This document shows positions 31,341 to 44,985 of a stretch of DNA of 64,000 nt, in pieces; position 1 is the first letter of the stretch, and every line of letters begins with the position of its first letter. The DNA lies in NCBI GenBank assembly GCA_964187785.1, contig OZ076409.1, forward strand, positions 21,764,001-21,828,000, given 5' to 3'. A program made the translations under genes and the position numbers. A model generated the notes under the pieces. It worked only from the letters and a program-made list of their open reading frames with translations, made no database searches and was not told the origin of the DNA. This stretch comes from Amphiscolops sp. MND2022. Its lineage: Eukaryota.

Positions 31341-32353
31341 GTTTCTTAGCAATTTTGCGAGTTTTATTGAGTAACTTGTCTCTAATTTTGTTTCCAATAT
31401 GGCGGTTAAAATTTTAGTTGATTATCCTGATCCGTCGTAAACTTTTCTGAATGGAATTTCGCTGACGTTCTATCGTCTTTGATAACTTGATGTTTCCCCT
31501 CATCAGCACTAACATCAGAAGAGGCGTGAATAGCACTTAAGGTGCAAATATCAAATACACTCGTCTCGAAAGGGGTAATTAACGAGCCGCTTGAAGGTAA
31601 TTAACGGCTCGCGACACCAAACCTTCTCAAAATGGCTCCAGCCAATCAGAATCGTCCATCGATAAAATGAAAAAAGAATGAATAAAATGGCGAGAATAAT
31701 AATTCTAAGTAACTCAAAATGGCGAAAATTCTAACTAAGGGTAATTGGGATAACGGAACAAAGCAGTAAAACAAAACGACGCAAATGGCCATAATCGGCC
31801 ACTAACTAAATAAGCTGTAAGTAATGGAGAAATCTTTGTACATTTCGCTGGCAGACTCCATGTACAATTTTAAATATTTAGATAATCGCATAATATTAGT
31901 CTGATACTTTTCTTCAGCCACGAACTCCAACTCTCTATCTTTTCAATTGTTACCTTTTCAATTCCTTTTGTAATTTTCCATTGTTATAATTGTATTTTCT
32001 TCACTTCTACGCCTTCAAATACACTGCCTAATTATCACCATCTCGTCGTCACCCTCACTATCACTGTTGGCCTTCTCCACTTCGGGGTTTTCCTGGTCTT
32101 TTCCCCACTACTTCCAGTCTTGGTCAGGTTGCCTCTAGCAACTGTTTTAACTTGGATCAACACTCTGCAGTCCAATTGCCTAGCAGCATGTCTTCTGACT
32201 CTGGTTGGTTTGGTTTTCCATTTTAGAACTAATTCAACTTGATCAAGGTTAAATTCGTTCAGTAGACACTTCCTGTTTCCATCACTAAACGCGTGATAAC
32301 ACGTTTCATTTAAATTTGTCAGACATTTCCGGAAGGTTTCTAATCGCGGCAAA

Positions 32354-35300
32354 ATGAATACGTATCAAGGAAGTACACCGCTAAATTTCATTCCCTTTCG
32401 TATAGAGAACCCACCAAAAGACAATGCTCTTGCTCTAACCCCCTCCCAAGTCAGCAATAGAGCCGTCGTCGAAAACTTGGCCACAACATTAGAGGGACGA
32501 CCTCAAGATGAAATAAGTATCCAAGTTCCTCAGCCTGAAGCGAAGCGTGTCAGCCCAGCACTCAGCCAAGACAGTGACGCTGACGTTACTGCTTATGCTG
32601 AATCTGTAATCCAACGGATGCAGCATGCACAAACTCACACGGTACAAGACAGTAGACTTTCAGAATCTGACCCACCTAAGGGTCAAGAATCGGCCAATGT
32701 CCCACCAGAATTGATACCAAACACACTAGAAAATCGCAGATCAAGTACTCCCATCCAGTCTGAAGAAGAAGAGAGGCAGGAGGCAGATTTATCAGCTTTG
32801 GAACCTGCCCTAAAGTCATCATAACCTCCGAATCTCAACTGCCTGAACTGAGGGACGGACAATTCGGGCCAAGTGGATATAAGTGGCGCCCAATCAAGGA
32901 CCAACGAAGACAATGCCTCGTCAGTCTGTGATGTGCCGTCGCTACCAGGAGGTGACCTCAAGGTACGTTTCACAGTGGGTCAGAATGAGGAGGAAGAATC
33001 CACCGAGGAGTCAAGCAGACGTGTCCCGGTGGAACTGTACGGGTATCCCCCTTTTGCCCCTGAGACTGGAACTGAATGTGAAGAAGATACCAGTTTAGAA
33101 ATGCAGCCCTTAGGGTCTGGTAAAAAACGTGCGGCGAGTGGGAATCTAAATCTGGACAAACTCCGAGATCTTTCCGGTCGCAGTAGGGCCATTTTGAAGG
33201 AGTATTTCGAGAAAACCTCTCCGATCAGACTCCCTGTTGGGCACACTACCGTCGTTTTTACTGAGCCTCAGGTGTATCATCTTCTACGCACCCTCACAAA
33301 TGAGACCCTTCGAAGATCTTTCACCACTATGGAAAGGATGGTGCTTGATGCTGTTCGCGGAAGTCCAACTGCCCTCCCATCTCGCACAGCTCACTTTCAA
33401 CTCAGGGGGCGATCACAAACTCCCGGACCTTGATCCCGCAGTGGATCAGAAACTGATAGTGATAGACCAGGATCAGCTACGGACCAATTTGGTTCAAGCA
33501 CTGATGATACCGGTGGGTCATTTTCTTACGAAGAGACCGACAGTGCAACTGAGATGACCTTAATATCAAAGTCCTTCAAACGAACTCCTGCAATCCCCCT
33601 GGGCAGTGGGACTCAAGCGGATGAAACCAGCAATCAGCAACAGACAGGACTTGAGGCGGAAGGATTCAGCAGCCAAGACACTACTCTGCTCGAAATGCGA
33701 GAACATGCCCGGAAAGGCTCGGGAGAAGGACCATCTACATCCAAAAAGAAGAAAGCCAACAAGAGAATTTCTCGGAGAGGTGTGCCCATGAAAGAAGTGT
33801 TTTTCTCTAAAGTAGGGTGAACAAGATCGTTTATCTCCGTCCCAGCAGATCCGTTACACAACCCTCATAAGATCTGCTGCCATATAGGCAAGAAGAATTT
33901 TTATATAAAGTCAAAAGGGCCTTACGAAATCCTCAGGCACCACTGGACAGACCGCCATTTGAGACGCGATCAAAGATGGCGTTATGAACATCTGCGCAGC
34001 ATAGATCCTGTTAGTGGTAAGGTGCAACATCGTGTCAGAGGCGCCAACGTTAAGATTTTGACAAAAATTGAGCTGGCCAACCAACTGCCTAAGTTCATCA
34101 ACGTTGAATAGGTGGACATAAGGGAAAGGTTCCCCTTTTACGAAGACTTTAAACGAGGAACCACCACAGTTTTAGTCACCCAAGAAACACGGGTCAAGAC
34201 TCAACTTTGCCTGGTAGGCGATTTAATAAAGACGATTGGAGACCTGTCTGTCCTAAGGAACTTCTGGTCCAGGATGGGGGCCTACACCAATCATCAAGCG
34301 ACAGTTTGTGATTTCGACTGGGGCGAAGAGCAAATAAGATTAAGTGTCCATTCGATGGCTCGATCTCAAACTTGAGTAATTCCTGTTCTAAATAGTCTTG
34401 TTTCCATTTCAGGCCATATTCCAACATTTTTTCATAAGTGCCCTGAGCGACATCGCTGAACAAATCACAACTCAGCAATGTTTCGCCATAGAGTTTGAGA
34501 CTGCCGGGGTTTACCGTTACATGAACGCCAAATTCTGGAAGGGTCATGAGCTTTGCCGAGTCCTCATTTGCCGAAGCTCGGCATCTGACGTGACGGGTGA
34601 ACTTGGATCTCTGGCCCGGTTTCTGTCGGCAGCATCGACCCAACCAGACGTGGTGGCTTGTTCTGGCTGCCATGTTGACCTGGTCAAAACGATCGACCAA
34701 TCGGAATACTTCCCGCAAGCTGTTTCTGCTTCGAACAGCTATCATTGCCTACACTGATGAACAAGTCCAAATACTCCGTCTTGGGCCAAATAGACTTTTT
34801 CTTTGTGCTCCAGGCCCTGATGATTTCTCTAGGAGGGTCTCTAACTGAAGAATGGGCGATGCGGACCCCAGAACTCACTAAAGTAAGTATTTCACTTTGC
34901 CTTTCCTCCTAATGGCCATGGGCCGGGTAATTTAGGTACGGTGAGGAATAGTTTGCAATAATGAAATTGGATTTTACAGGCAGTGACCAATTGCAAGCTT
35001 GACATCCAGACCCTCCCGGCTCTATGTACAGAGCGTGCCAAGGAATGGAAATCATGGAAATGTATCTGACCGAACATGCCCCCATACAAGGAGGTCAAGA
35101 AGTCCACAGCAGGGTTAGGCTTTATTTCATTTCTCTAATGATATAGTTAAGTGATTCCAGTAAGAGATTCTTGGTTCCCTTATTTGCTGAAAAGCTGAAG
35201 AACACTGGCATGTGTATTCTGTTTAAGGTACAGTGCTTCGAATGGTCTCTGATCTGTGACGAATTCTTCGTCGTCAAGTTGGAGTTCTTCAACAGGCTCG

Positions 35301-36510
35301 TGAGCGAATGTAAGTACTACACTTTAGGTAACAGCCCATTGTTTTATTCCACTTCAGGCATTGATTTGCGTTTTCACACGTGGCCAGTTTTCCTGTGAAA
35401 CTCCAGCACAGACGTGATGCCTCCATTTACCTTTGTGGAGACGTCTGCCAGTTCATAAGCCTGCTCTGTTCCCGTATTTACACTCCTGATACGGCTCCTC
35501 TGGCTAACGCCTGGTTCTTGCTATTACGTTTTCAGACTAGTGAGGCCAGTTTACTGGGCGAAGAGGAGTATTTGGTGCGCCTGGAGCTCACCAACAAAGT
35601 GTCGTCGGCAAGCAAAGCAAAGGCGGAAGGAATGCACTTTGGTAAGAAGTCAGAGCGCCCAGCGATCCTGGCAACCACTGAGACTGTGAAGTCTGGCTTC
35701 ATCAAAGACAGCCAGCAGTATGTCCAGTATCTGATCAATGAAGTCCTCCGACAGACTGGAGTCACTACAAACATCGTGAAAGGGATAGCTAATTTCGATC
35801 CTTTCATCTTGTTCAAGCGCCCTATGGACGTGGCCCTACGCCACTTTACCATTTTGTACAGCACCTTCTCCCTCCGTTCTTGGGTTTCTATGCCAATGAA
35901 TCCTTGTGCCGGGATCAATACATGCAACTACTTGACCACCTGCGTACAGCCTATGGCCTTAGTTTTGATATAACCAGTGTCTCTGGTGATTTAATTGAGT
36001 TTTTGTCCGAGCTGGAGTTCCTCCGAGACCGAAGTTGTTTCGTTTACCTCTTCAAATTGTGCTGCCTGTGTGCTACTTCCGTTAATCCAACATACCCTGA
36101 TGTCACTTTTGGGACAGTTTCCACCGCCGGGCGTCAGAGTAGATTGACTGACGTCATTCTTCCCTGTCAGAGTTACATAGCCAACGTGCGAGACTCAGTG
36201 GCTTTCTGTAGTGATGATGGCAACCTTGCTGAGTTCATCGACCTCGCTTCTTCTTTTGGGCGATCTGCATTTGCTCCTGATTATGATCCCTGGACCTACA
36301 TGGACATTTTCGGCTGTTCAAAAATCTATAAGTCGTTGTTGGCTTCCTATCTGGTAGCTCTTTCCACCCCTCAAAAGACTCCAATCCGAACTGTACCTGG
36401 AGATACAAGTTCTGTGGCCGATATGTCTGCCGTGGAAGCACCGTAGTGCTTCTCGTTCATCCTCGTCGTCTGCCATTGAGGTTACTGACCCTGGTTCATC
36501 TTAAGACTAA
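32354..36510 (+). pseudogene. Decayed antisense spliced gene of element B, homologous to 10516-14456
   Basis: Low-complexity N-terminus; zinc finger remnant CHI(G)KKNFYIKSKGPYEILRHHWTDRH at ~33878-33958; introns at about 34340-34412, 34883-34979, 35114-35227 and 35310-35377; IVKGIANFDPF and YLFKLCCLC match VSRGIYSFCPE and RVWKLCVLV in A. Confidence 0.8.
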
Positions 36511-36725
36511 CTGTACATATGTAATTATGTACTTGCAAACTGTAAACTTTTGTTGATTTCTTGTTGTAATTTTTTTCTTTTGTTTTTAACCCCCGTAGTT
36601 ATTCATCTTGGAAGGGGTTATTCAGCCGTCCCACTATTATTCAAAGATACCATTTGGCCTGGGACTAAAAAGAAAAGGTAAAAAATGAAAAACAACGCTC
36701 ATTTCTGGGCGAAATTCACTTCCTT

Positions 36726-39700
36726 TTAGTATCTGAAGTCTTTTGAGTAGTTTGGATTAGGGTTAGGTCTGAGATTATATCTCCTACCTCTAGAACTCAG
36801 ATTTTCTTTTCTAGCATCCTTTTCCAATATTTCGGGCACAATATTATCATCCCCCTTGTTTGGATAGTTTTGTGCATCATTTTCATTCGTTGAATTTCTT
36901 TCTGAAGAATTTTCATCGTTTTTCAGTCTTCCATCCGTATTCGGCAAAGATTGTTGTTGATTTTTTGGGAGCACGGCCGGATTCGGCCAATCAGATTCTT
37001 CATTCCTAGTCGCTTTACTAGCTTCAATTTTTTTAGTGACGTCATCAGTTAATCGTTCATTCCGGCTATGCGCCGCACGGTCCGCGTGATTTGATTCTTC
37101 TGTCGTGATTATGTAATCCGCTTCATTCTCGTGTGCGTTACTTGAATTCGTTTCTGCGGCGCTCGGCCATTCGCCATTCGGCAAGCTAGTCGGAATAGGT
37201 TCGGTGCCTCGTGTAACTAGCTGTTGACCAAAGTCTGATTCCCACGTTATGGTAAATAAGTCGTCTTGCGGAATGACAATTTCTTCGTCGGGCTGTAATC
37301 GTTGTTCTAGGAAATTGTCCTCAAGCGGTTGATTGGGAACAAACTTTTTATGGCGGCCCAAATGCAATCTTTGAGTTTTGTTTGTTATGATCCGTTGCAC
37401 GATGTAATTTTCATTAGGTAGCACTTTTTGGACTATGAATGGTCCAACCTAACGATGATCTCAAAATGGAATTTTTGATCCTTGATGATCCGCTTTCAGC
37501 TGTAATACGAAACAGTCTTCAATCTCCTTTAATGAAGCAGCTTTTGCTTTGCGGTCGTAATATTCTTTGTATTTGATATACGACTGCATGATGTTATGTT
37601 TCGCTTTGTCAATTAGGATCTTTGTCCGGTTTCGGATTTCTTCAGCGAATTCGGTTGTTGGATTGATCTGCTCGTTTGGATTTTTTCCAAGCTTGTGATC
37701 CAAGACGTTGTATGGAATTCTTCCATGGAACACTCCCGTCGGTTCACAACCGATGCTGGCATGATAGCTGGTAATATGATTCAGGACTGCTAATGGCCAG
37801 TATTTGTGCCATTGTCGGCGGCATTCTCCACATGCCATTTTGAGATTTGTTTTCAATGAGGCATGAGTCCGCTCCAATTTCCCAATTGTTTGCGGATGCT
37901 TTGTCGTGGCGCATTTGAGTGTGATTCTCAAAATTTGTGTAATTTCCGCAATATTTGTGGAAATGAATGCAGTGCGCCTTTATCAGTTTTAAGCGTCGTC
38001 GGTAAGTATGAAGGTTTAGTCATAATATCAAAGAGTGCTTTTGCTACATTGATTAATGATGCGTCCGTAGGGGAATAGGCGAACAGGTATCTAGAGAATA
38101 CATCAATTGCCGTTAGGACATTTTCATACCCTCCACTTGGGGGAAGATTCGGCAATAAGTTGATCTGCATGGCATCCTCGGGTCCAAGGTCCCATTCTAT
38201 CAAGTTGCGCAGTTCCGGCGTAGTTGTTGCCTTAGGGACTCGTTTGTCGCTCGCGCATTGTTCACACCCTTCTACCCACTTTTCAACAAGTTTGGCCATG
38301 CTAGGGTAGTTACTTTTGTCGGATCTCTTGCAATTTGCAACGTTTTTGAGATTCCAGGGTGTTTATGAGCTGTCCCATGTAGGGATTGAAGCAAGTCCTG
38401 GAGTAAGTGTTGCGGGAGTAGAATTTGATGGTGTTTTACATTCCCTGTTTCATCAAAGTATTGCTTGGTCAGGATTTCGTCCTTGACTGTATTTCGTTCC
38501 AAGATGTTGGCGTACTGTCTATATCGGGCATCCTGTTGCAGTAGAATCTCTGAGTAATCTTCATGAAGGAGTTTTGCCTTCACTTGTTGTAGTACTGCAT
38601 CTTTGGATTGCTCAATGATGATCTGGTTTGTCTTCCTTAATCGGACTTATATATCATGTTGTTGTTTGACCAAATTGGTGGACAAAGTCTGTATTGTTAC
38701 AGTGGGCTCGTCTATTGCGGGATTTTTCCTGATTGCTTCTTTCCTTGCCCAATATTGTTCCTCTGTTTCATCGTCGTCATTGGTGTAGAAGATTCGTTCA
38801 TTATGCGACACCCCTGGGATTGGAAATTTATTTCGATGGGTAGGGTTTGTTCATCTTTTCGGACTTTCATGACCAATTTGTCTTTCGGGTCTTTTTCCAG
38901 ACAGGACAAATAGTCTGCTGCTGTATTTTGTGCTCCTGGGATATGTGCTATGACAAAATTGAACTGAATCACATAGTCACATGCATTCCACAGAGCCGGG
39001 GGTACAATTTTTGTTTGAAAAAATCTGGTTACAGCTTTGTTGTCTAAGAGGATAATGACCGGTCTGGGTGCACCCCTGAAAATATGGCCAAATTCTTTGA
39101 ATGCAAAATAAATTGCAAGAAATTCCTTGGCATAAATAGACATCTTGATTTGTGCTGGGGTGAAGGTTTTTGAACCATAAGCGACCGGTGCATACGACTT
39201 TCTGAGTGACGTAAATTTCTGATTCGGGTCGTACTCAATTAAGACTGCATATCGGGCTGCGTCAGTCATTAGCGCATTTAGCTTGTTTGGAATGGGTTGT
39301 TGTAGGGCCAAATCACAACATCTGTCAAGTGCTTTGTTGATTTCCTCAAATTGTTGGCCCAATTTTTTTGATACCAGGACCTTTTTGTGACTTTTCAGCA
39401 TCTTGTAGATTGGAGCAAGGCGTTCCGACAGTCTTGGGACGTAATTTCGGTAGTAGTTCAGGAAGCCCAAAAATCCCTAAAAAGCCTTTTTCGACTTTGG
39501 GAATTTGGTTTTTTCAAGGAAGTTTTGAACACTTTGCCTTTGGGGTTTGACGTCTTGTGAGGTGATTGTTCTGCCGAGGAAGTCAATTTCCGTGGCACGG
39601 AAATGACATTTATGCATTTTTAATTTAAGGCCTGCCTCTTGAATGCACTTGAATGTTGCTCTCAGGTTGGCAATGAGATGATCAGCATCGTTGGCTGCGA

Positions 39701-41925
39701 TGCCGATATCGTCCACGTACTGGGCACACTGATCCGCTTTTATGACTTTGTCAAGGTATTCCCTCATGAAACTTGAAAATGCGGACAAAGAAAGACTAAG
39801 GCATTGTGCCAAACGTAAGTAGGCAAATGTGCGGCCTGCAATCTTGAAGGCTAACATTTCGATTGAACGTTGGTCAGCCATCTGAAGGCAATGATACGCT
39901 TGTGAACAGTCCAATTTGCAAAAGAGTTTCTGGCCTGCCATATGCTGGGAAGCGTCGACTAGGGTACTGACTGGATGGGTATTATTGATATAATCGTCGG
40001 AGATTAGATTGTTGATTTGTCTCAAGTCAACTAGGAGTCAGAGTTTCCCATTTGGTTTCTTTTGTGCGAATATTGGGCTGGCGTATTTCGAAAATGGTAG
40101 AGTCGTTGCAATTCCATATTTATGGAGCATTGCTAGTTCGACTGAATTATGTCCTCCTTCAAGTTTATTGGGGCTGGGAGGCTTTGGCTATAGGCTGGGG
40201 AATCGTCTTTAGGTGTAAATTTTACCTTAAATTCCTCATTCATGCCTATATCGAGTCTCTGTCGAGCAAAGATGTCATGGAATTCCACTAATAAGTCTTC
40301 GATTTTTTCCTTGTCTTCAGGAGTCAGAGTGGAGTCTTTCCAGTCGAAGTTTTCTAGGAACTTTGCCCGAGTTTCTGCATTTTTTGTAGAATCAAGGGCC
40401 CCCAGATACTGTAAAGCCTGTAATTCTCGTGAGATCCTTTTCTGTATTGGTGTATGTTCTTCTGCGTTGCCTGGGTTCTCCGGAGTTGGAAACCAGTATC
40501 TTTCTTGATTTTGCCGGTTTTTATTCGCCTTGATGAGACTGCTGACATAGTGAGTCGCTTGCTCTTGGTCTTGTTGTAAGAGATGCCAGGTTGATGCCGG
40601 GTCTATCGGTTTGACGTATTTCATTTGTTCGTCGTCATGACAGAAAAATTGGCAATATGGAGTCCTTTTTTAAGTTTGTAAGGGTGGTCCGTGAAATTGT
40701 TCACTTGTATCCGTATGCTGCCGTCATTCAGAGTGACCAAGGCTGGGCAAAATGTGATGTCCCCTTCTTCATATAGAAGGTCGCTCGGTTGTAAAATGCC
40801 AGTAACAGCATTCTCAGGATACAGCAAGGAGTTGGTCTAATTAGGACTCTGTCATTTGGCGGAATGGTTATCTCAGTGGGGTTGAGAATCAGCTCTAGTA
40901 CAATGGAGTATTCGTGGTCGGCTGTTTTCAGCTGCATCGAAAAGAACGGGAAATTCAGTATTCTTTGCCTCATGTCCGGTGCTGTATGATTTCTCTGAAG
41001 GAACATTAGTCCAATAATCGGTCCTGTCAAATGTTCCATTATTATGAAAATTTCGTGAAACTCAATGTCACCAACTTCAAATTTAAGCTTTATCGTACTC
41101 TTAGGAGTCTCTAGTTGCCCGTTTGCGACCAGGATTAGGAAATTCGGAGGTGGACCTTCCCGGATAACGGATTGTGGAGATAGGAGTAGGATTTTCCGGA
41201 GGTCCTTTTTTGGGATTGCACTAAATAATGCTCCAGTGTCTATTAGGCCGTTTATGGTCAATTCCGCAAAGTCCATCGGAAAGTTTAGCATGCGTTTTTT
41301 ACATTTGAGATTGATACTGGTCGAAAGTGGTATACAGTCTGGTTCACCCTCTTTGGTGATAAGGATATTTTGAAATTGTTTTTCATCCAATAATGGTTGC
41401 CAGATTGGTTCAGCACAAGTTTCGGTATTCTCAGTTCCCAAGGGGTTTGGGAACACCGGATGGGTGGTACCATCATTCATCTGCCAATTTTCTATTAGTG
41501 CTCTGGTTTTCTTATTATGTGTTATTGGAGGATTTTCGTGGACTGTGGTTTGGTAATGGGCGATGTCATCCAGAACGTATTGAAACTGCAGTAGGTCCTG
41601 GTTGTAAATCTCGGTGTTCCAATAGGGATCTCTGCCGTAATCAGGGTCAATATACGTCGGGTTGTAGTTATCTATGAAGGGAACGGGCCTGAATCGGGTA
41701 GTAAATGTGGTTGTGTAGTCAAGATCCCAAACAGGAAGTGGTTTTTGGAGCAAATGGGTATTGTTATAAGTAGTAATGATAGCCGTTTCCAACTGTTGCT
41801 GCCAGACAACAGGAGATAGCCCATCAATTGTTGTTGATATTCATGGAAGGTTTTTGTTGGAGGATCCGACATGATGTATTGTCGGACTGATACTAGGTGG
41901 TTGTATTGGAGCTGTGGCGAAGCTA
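36726..41925 (-). pseudogene. pol: pol of element B (PR-RT-RH-IN), multiple frameshifts and stops
   Basis: GLIDTGA, KLDCSQAYHCLQMADQRS, YVDDIG, LMTDA, HPGISK, CEQC, TDKG, KLERTHASLK. Confidence 0.95.
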
Positions 41926-43773
41926 GTTTATTGACTCATCATTGGAAGATGAGGATTGAGAATTGGACGATGTTGGCTTATTCTGAGGTTTTTGAGCCTT
42001 GGAATTCGGTTTTTTATTGTTTGAATCCTCAAATCTGGTGCGCTTGGGTTTAAGGTGTGCACCTGCGCCTTGCCAACATCTTTCTTCCGGATGGTTCTTC
42101 TTGCCACAAGTCCCACACTCAGGATAAGTTTTCTTCTGAGTCGATTTGCCTTGTTGGGCATCTTTCTCTTTTTTCTTTTTCAACTTTTCGCAGTCCTTGA
42201 CCATATGGCTTTTTTCCGTGCAATACTTGCAAGTTATGTCCGACATTTGCCCTGTGGAAAGAGGGGTTTTAGGCTTAAAAGTTGAGGAAGTCATTGTTGC
42301 CATGGGTAGGTCATCTGACTCCTCGAGGGCATTAAGCTCTAGCTCTCTCTCCAAATGAGCAACTATTTCATTGTATGAGCCGTTTTCTAATCTGGATCTG
42401 GCAATGTTGACTGATCTTTTGAGTTTGGGAGGCAGTTTTGCGTACAAGAAACTGTCAGTCAATTTTTGTGCGTGGTCTTCGAACGCTTCTTCTGCGCCTT
42501 GATTGAGTTCTTCAAGGAAGTCCGGTAATTTCATTGTGTTTGGGTCAATGACCAAACGGTGCCATTTATGTTTGGCGGTCGCCTGAGACTCAGGCTTGAC
42601 GTATTTACGTCGGAAAATGACTAATACGTCCTCAAGAGTTTGTCTATTGGTTGAGCTCATGTTTCTGAATGTCTGGAGAGCATTTTTCCTCAAGAGTGAG
42701 TGAAAGTGGTTGATTTTCATCTGTTCTGTCTTTTCTAACTGCATCTTGATTATGGTATGGAAAAGGTCTTCGAACAACTCAAATTTGTAAGTTTTGCCGT
42801 CAAAGGTCATGGCATAAGAGTTGACCGGGCGTATGGTGAATTGTTGGGCTGTTGGTCGATTTTGCATATTCGTCAAGACGTCTGCCAATCTGCTTATTGG
42901 ATGCAAATTGGATTCTGCTTCAATGTATGTCGAAGAAATACATGTGAGGTGATCAAGGACAACTGTAGGCTTGAATCTTACTTTTTCCAAATTACGAATT
43001 GCTTCTTTTCGGTAAAGACAAAACTGAGGAAGGACTCGATAGCATTGAAAATTGCGTCATCGTTATTGACTTTGTGGTTGTTATGGCACAATACCGAAGG
43101 AAAGAAAGGAGTTTTGAAAACCCAGGTTTCGGAGAAGGGAAGATTTTGGTCGGCAATGACAAATCAGAACTATCTATGAAGGCTTATTGTCATGTACAAT
43201 ATGACTAGATAAGTCTACATTTTGGTGACCTTCGTCCTGTTCACTTCTCGAATTGTTTCTAGCATTTAGATTACGCTGTACTTCGGGATTAATTTCCGGT
43301 CTCTCAGCCGAAACGTCCCATCCTTTTCTAGTCACACGTCCTGATCCGGCCAAAATGACGTTTTGGATTTGGGGCAATACCTGATTGATTATAGCGTCAT
43401 TTATGGCTCTCTGGATCTGAACACTGACTGAATTCATCATCTCATCCACTTCTCTGGATATCCTAGAGTTTAGTTCACTGGACAGTTTATTTATCTCAGC
43501 TTGAGAACTCACGTCCGCTGAATTTTGTCCATTGACGATGTTAGCTCTGACATTAGAATTCATATGATTAGAGTATGAACTACCACCTTCATTTTCTAGA
43601 ATATTGCTCATAACACTATCATGTCTTCTGACGGAAGCACTATCTAAGCTCTCATCCCTTTCAGTTTCATTGAAATTATTCTCACCTAGCATGATGTCAA
43701 GGTTCTCAATATCTGAGAGGGTTTCTAAGCCTCTTGAATTCGTTGCTTTCTTTTGCTTTCTTGTGGTAGGCAT
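41923..43773 (-). pseudogene. gag: gag of element B, disrupted at the LTR/PBS junction
   Basis: MPTTRKQKK N-terminus inside the LTR (43773-43188); MTFDGKTYKFELFEDLF, CKYCTEKSHMVKDC and CGTCGKKNHPEERC in 41923-42916; 42917-43187 is foreign sequence. Confidence 0.9.
42917..43187. repeat. Copy of the 3' flank of element B (28563-28829) sitting in place of the PBS
   Basis: Near-identical ~270 bp; the ORF track shows the same peptide at 28591-28821 and in 42757-43179. Confidence 0.92.
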
Positions 43774-44985
43774 TGAGAAAAGGCCGAAATAAACAATGAA
43801 TTACACAACTCGGGAAATAACAGCGTAACCGTTTGTAGAACAATCTTTACTAGGTACGTTGAATATGATTTGTGTCCCACTCAGGCTAAACACCGGTATT
43901 TATACCCCTGAGTGGATGACACTCACATTTTCCACATATTTCTAGTCAAGATTGATATCATAAGGTATGTAATTCACATGACATTTCCCCAATATTTTAC
44001 ATATCCTGGGAATTTAGCAGACAACATTTTGAAAGGTATATAACTCATATCGCAACTTCAAACAACATATTTAACAAAACATCATTATTAGGGTGTCAAC
44101 AAATGTTAATATGCAACAATGGAATTTGACGCACTCAACTTCATAGAACGGTGTCGGCACGTGCCGCCACGTGAGTGGGGTTGAGTTCGCTAAAGAATGA
44201 AAACACATGCAAAGTCTTATAGATACTTCAAAACAATACTATTTACTATAATAGCGAAAAATACAACGTTTTCATAATAGGGCCGGAAAAGGCCAAATCC
44301 AAATTATTAGATGAGCATCGGAAGAAAAAGTGTAAAATGCCTTATTCGTCCATTAATGAAATATCAGCCTCATTAAGTCATCAGAGCAGCACAAGGGCAA
44401 TTATTAGGTACTAAGTTCACAGCTAAAGTAGCACCGGTTGATTGCAGTCACAATTAGAATAGCAACATCGTGTTTATTTGAAATGGCCGTAATCGGCCAT
44501 TTGACCAAAGCGTAGATTAAAATAATTACCTTGAGTCAATTGGCCTTACTCGGCCACTACTATATTGAAGCCGCGCTAGTACAACAAAATGAAGCAAAAT
44601 GATTGGTTGGAATGTTGAGCTCAAGTGACGTTTCCGGAATTAGAGTTGGGTTCACTTGACCTCGTTTCCTTATTGCCTTGCAGTTAATTCTATTCAGCTT
44701 TACATTGACTTTATCGTTACAGCACATTGAATAGCAAATTCACGTTAACAGACTAATGCGGAACAATTAAACTAAAATCTAAACAAACCAGGATTTACTT
44801 GATTGAAACGTCTGTCGTAATATTGAAATGTGGGAATTTAATTTACAAAAGCATTGTATCTAAAGATAAAAGCAACATAAAAGTTCATGGAGTTTTAATT
44901 CCTAGTATATGGGTACCGGGTGCTACTTCTTGTCCGCTTGCCGTTGTAGTTATTTTAGTACCGTCACAGGCGGCAGCCTGCGACA
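43188..44985 (-). repeat. 5' LTR of element B
   Basis: Direct repeat of 28830-30654; flanked on both sides by CTTAT (43183-43187 and 44986-44990). Confidence 0.93.

Larger units (their letters stand above)
28830..44985 (-). mobile_element. Decayed full-length Ty3/Gypsy retrotransposon (element B, ~16.2 kb) with the same accessory module
   Basis: LTRs 28830-30654 and 43188-44985 (TGTCGCAGG...CATGACA on minus), TSD CTTAA/CTTAT, frameshifted gag and pol. Confidence 0.93.
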
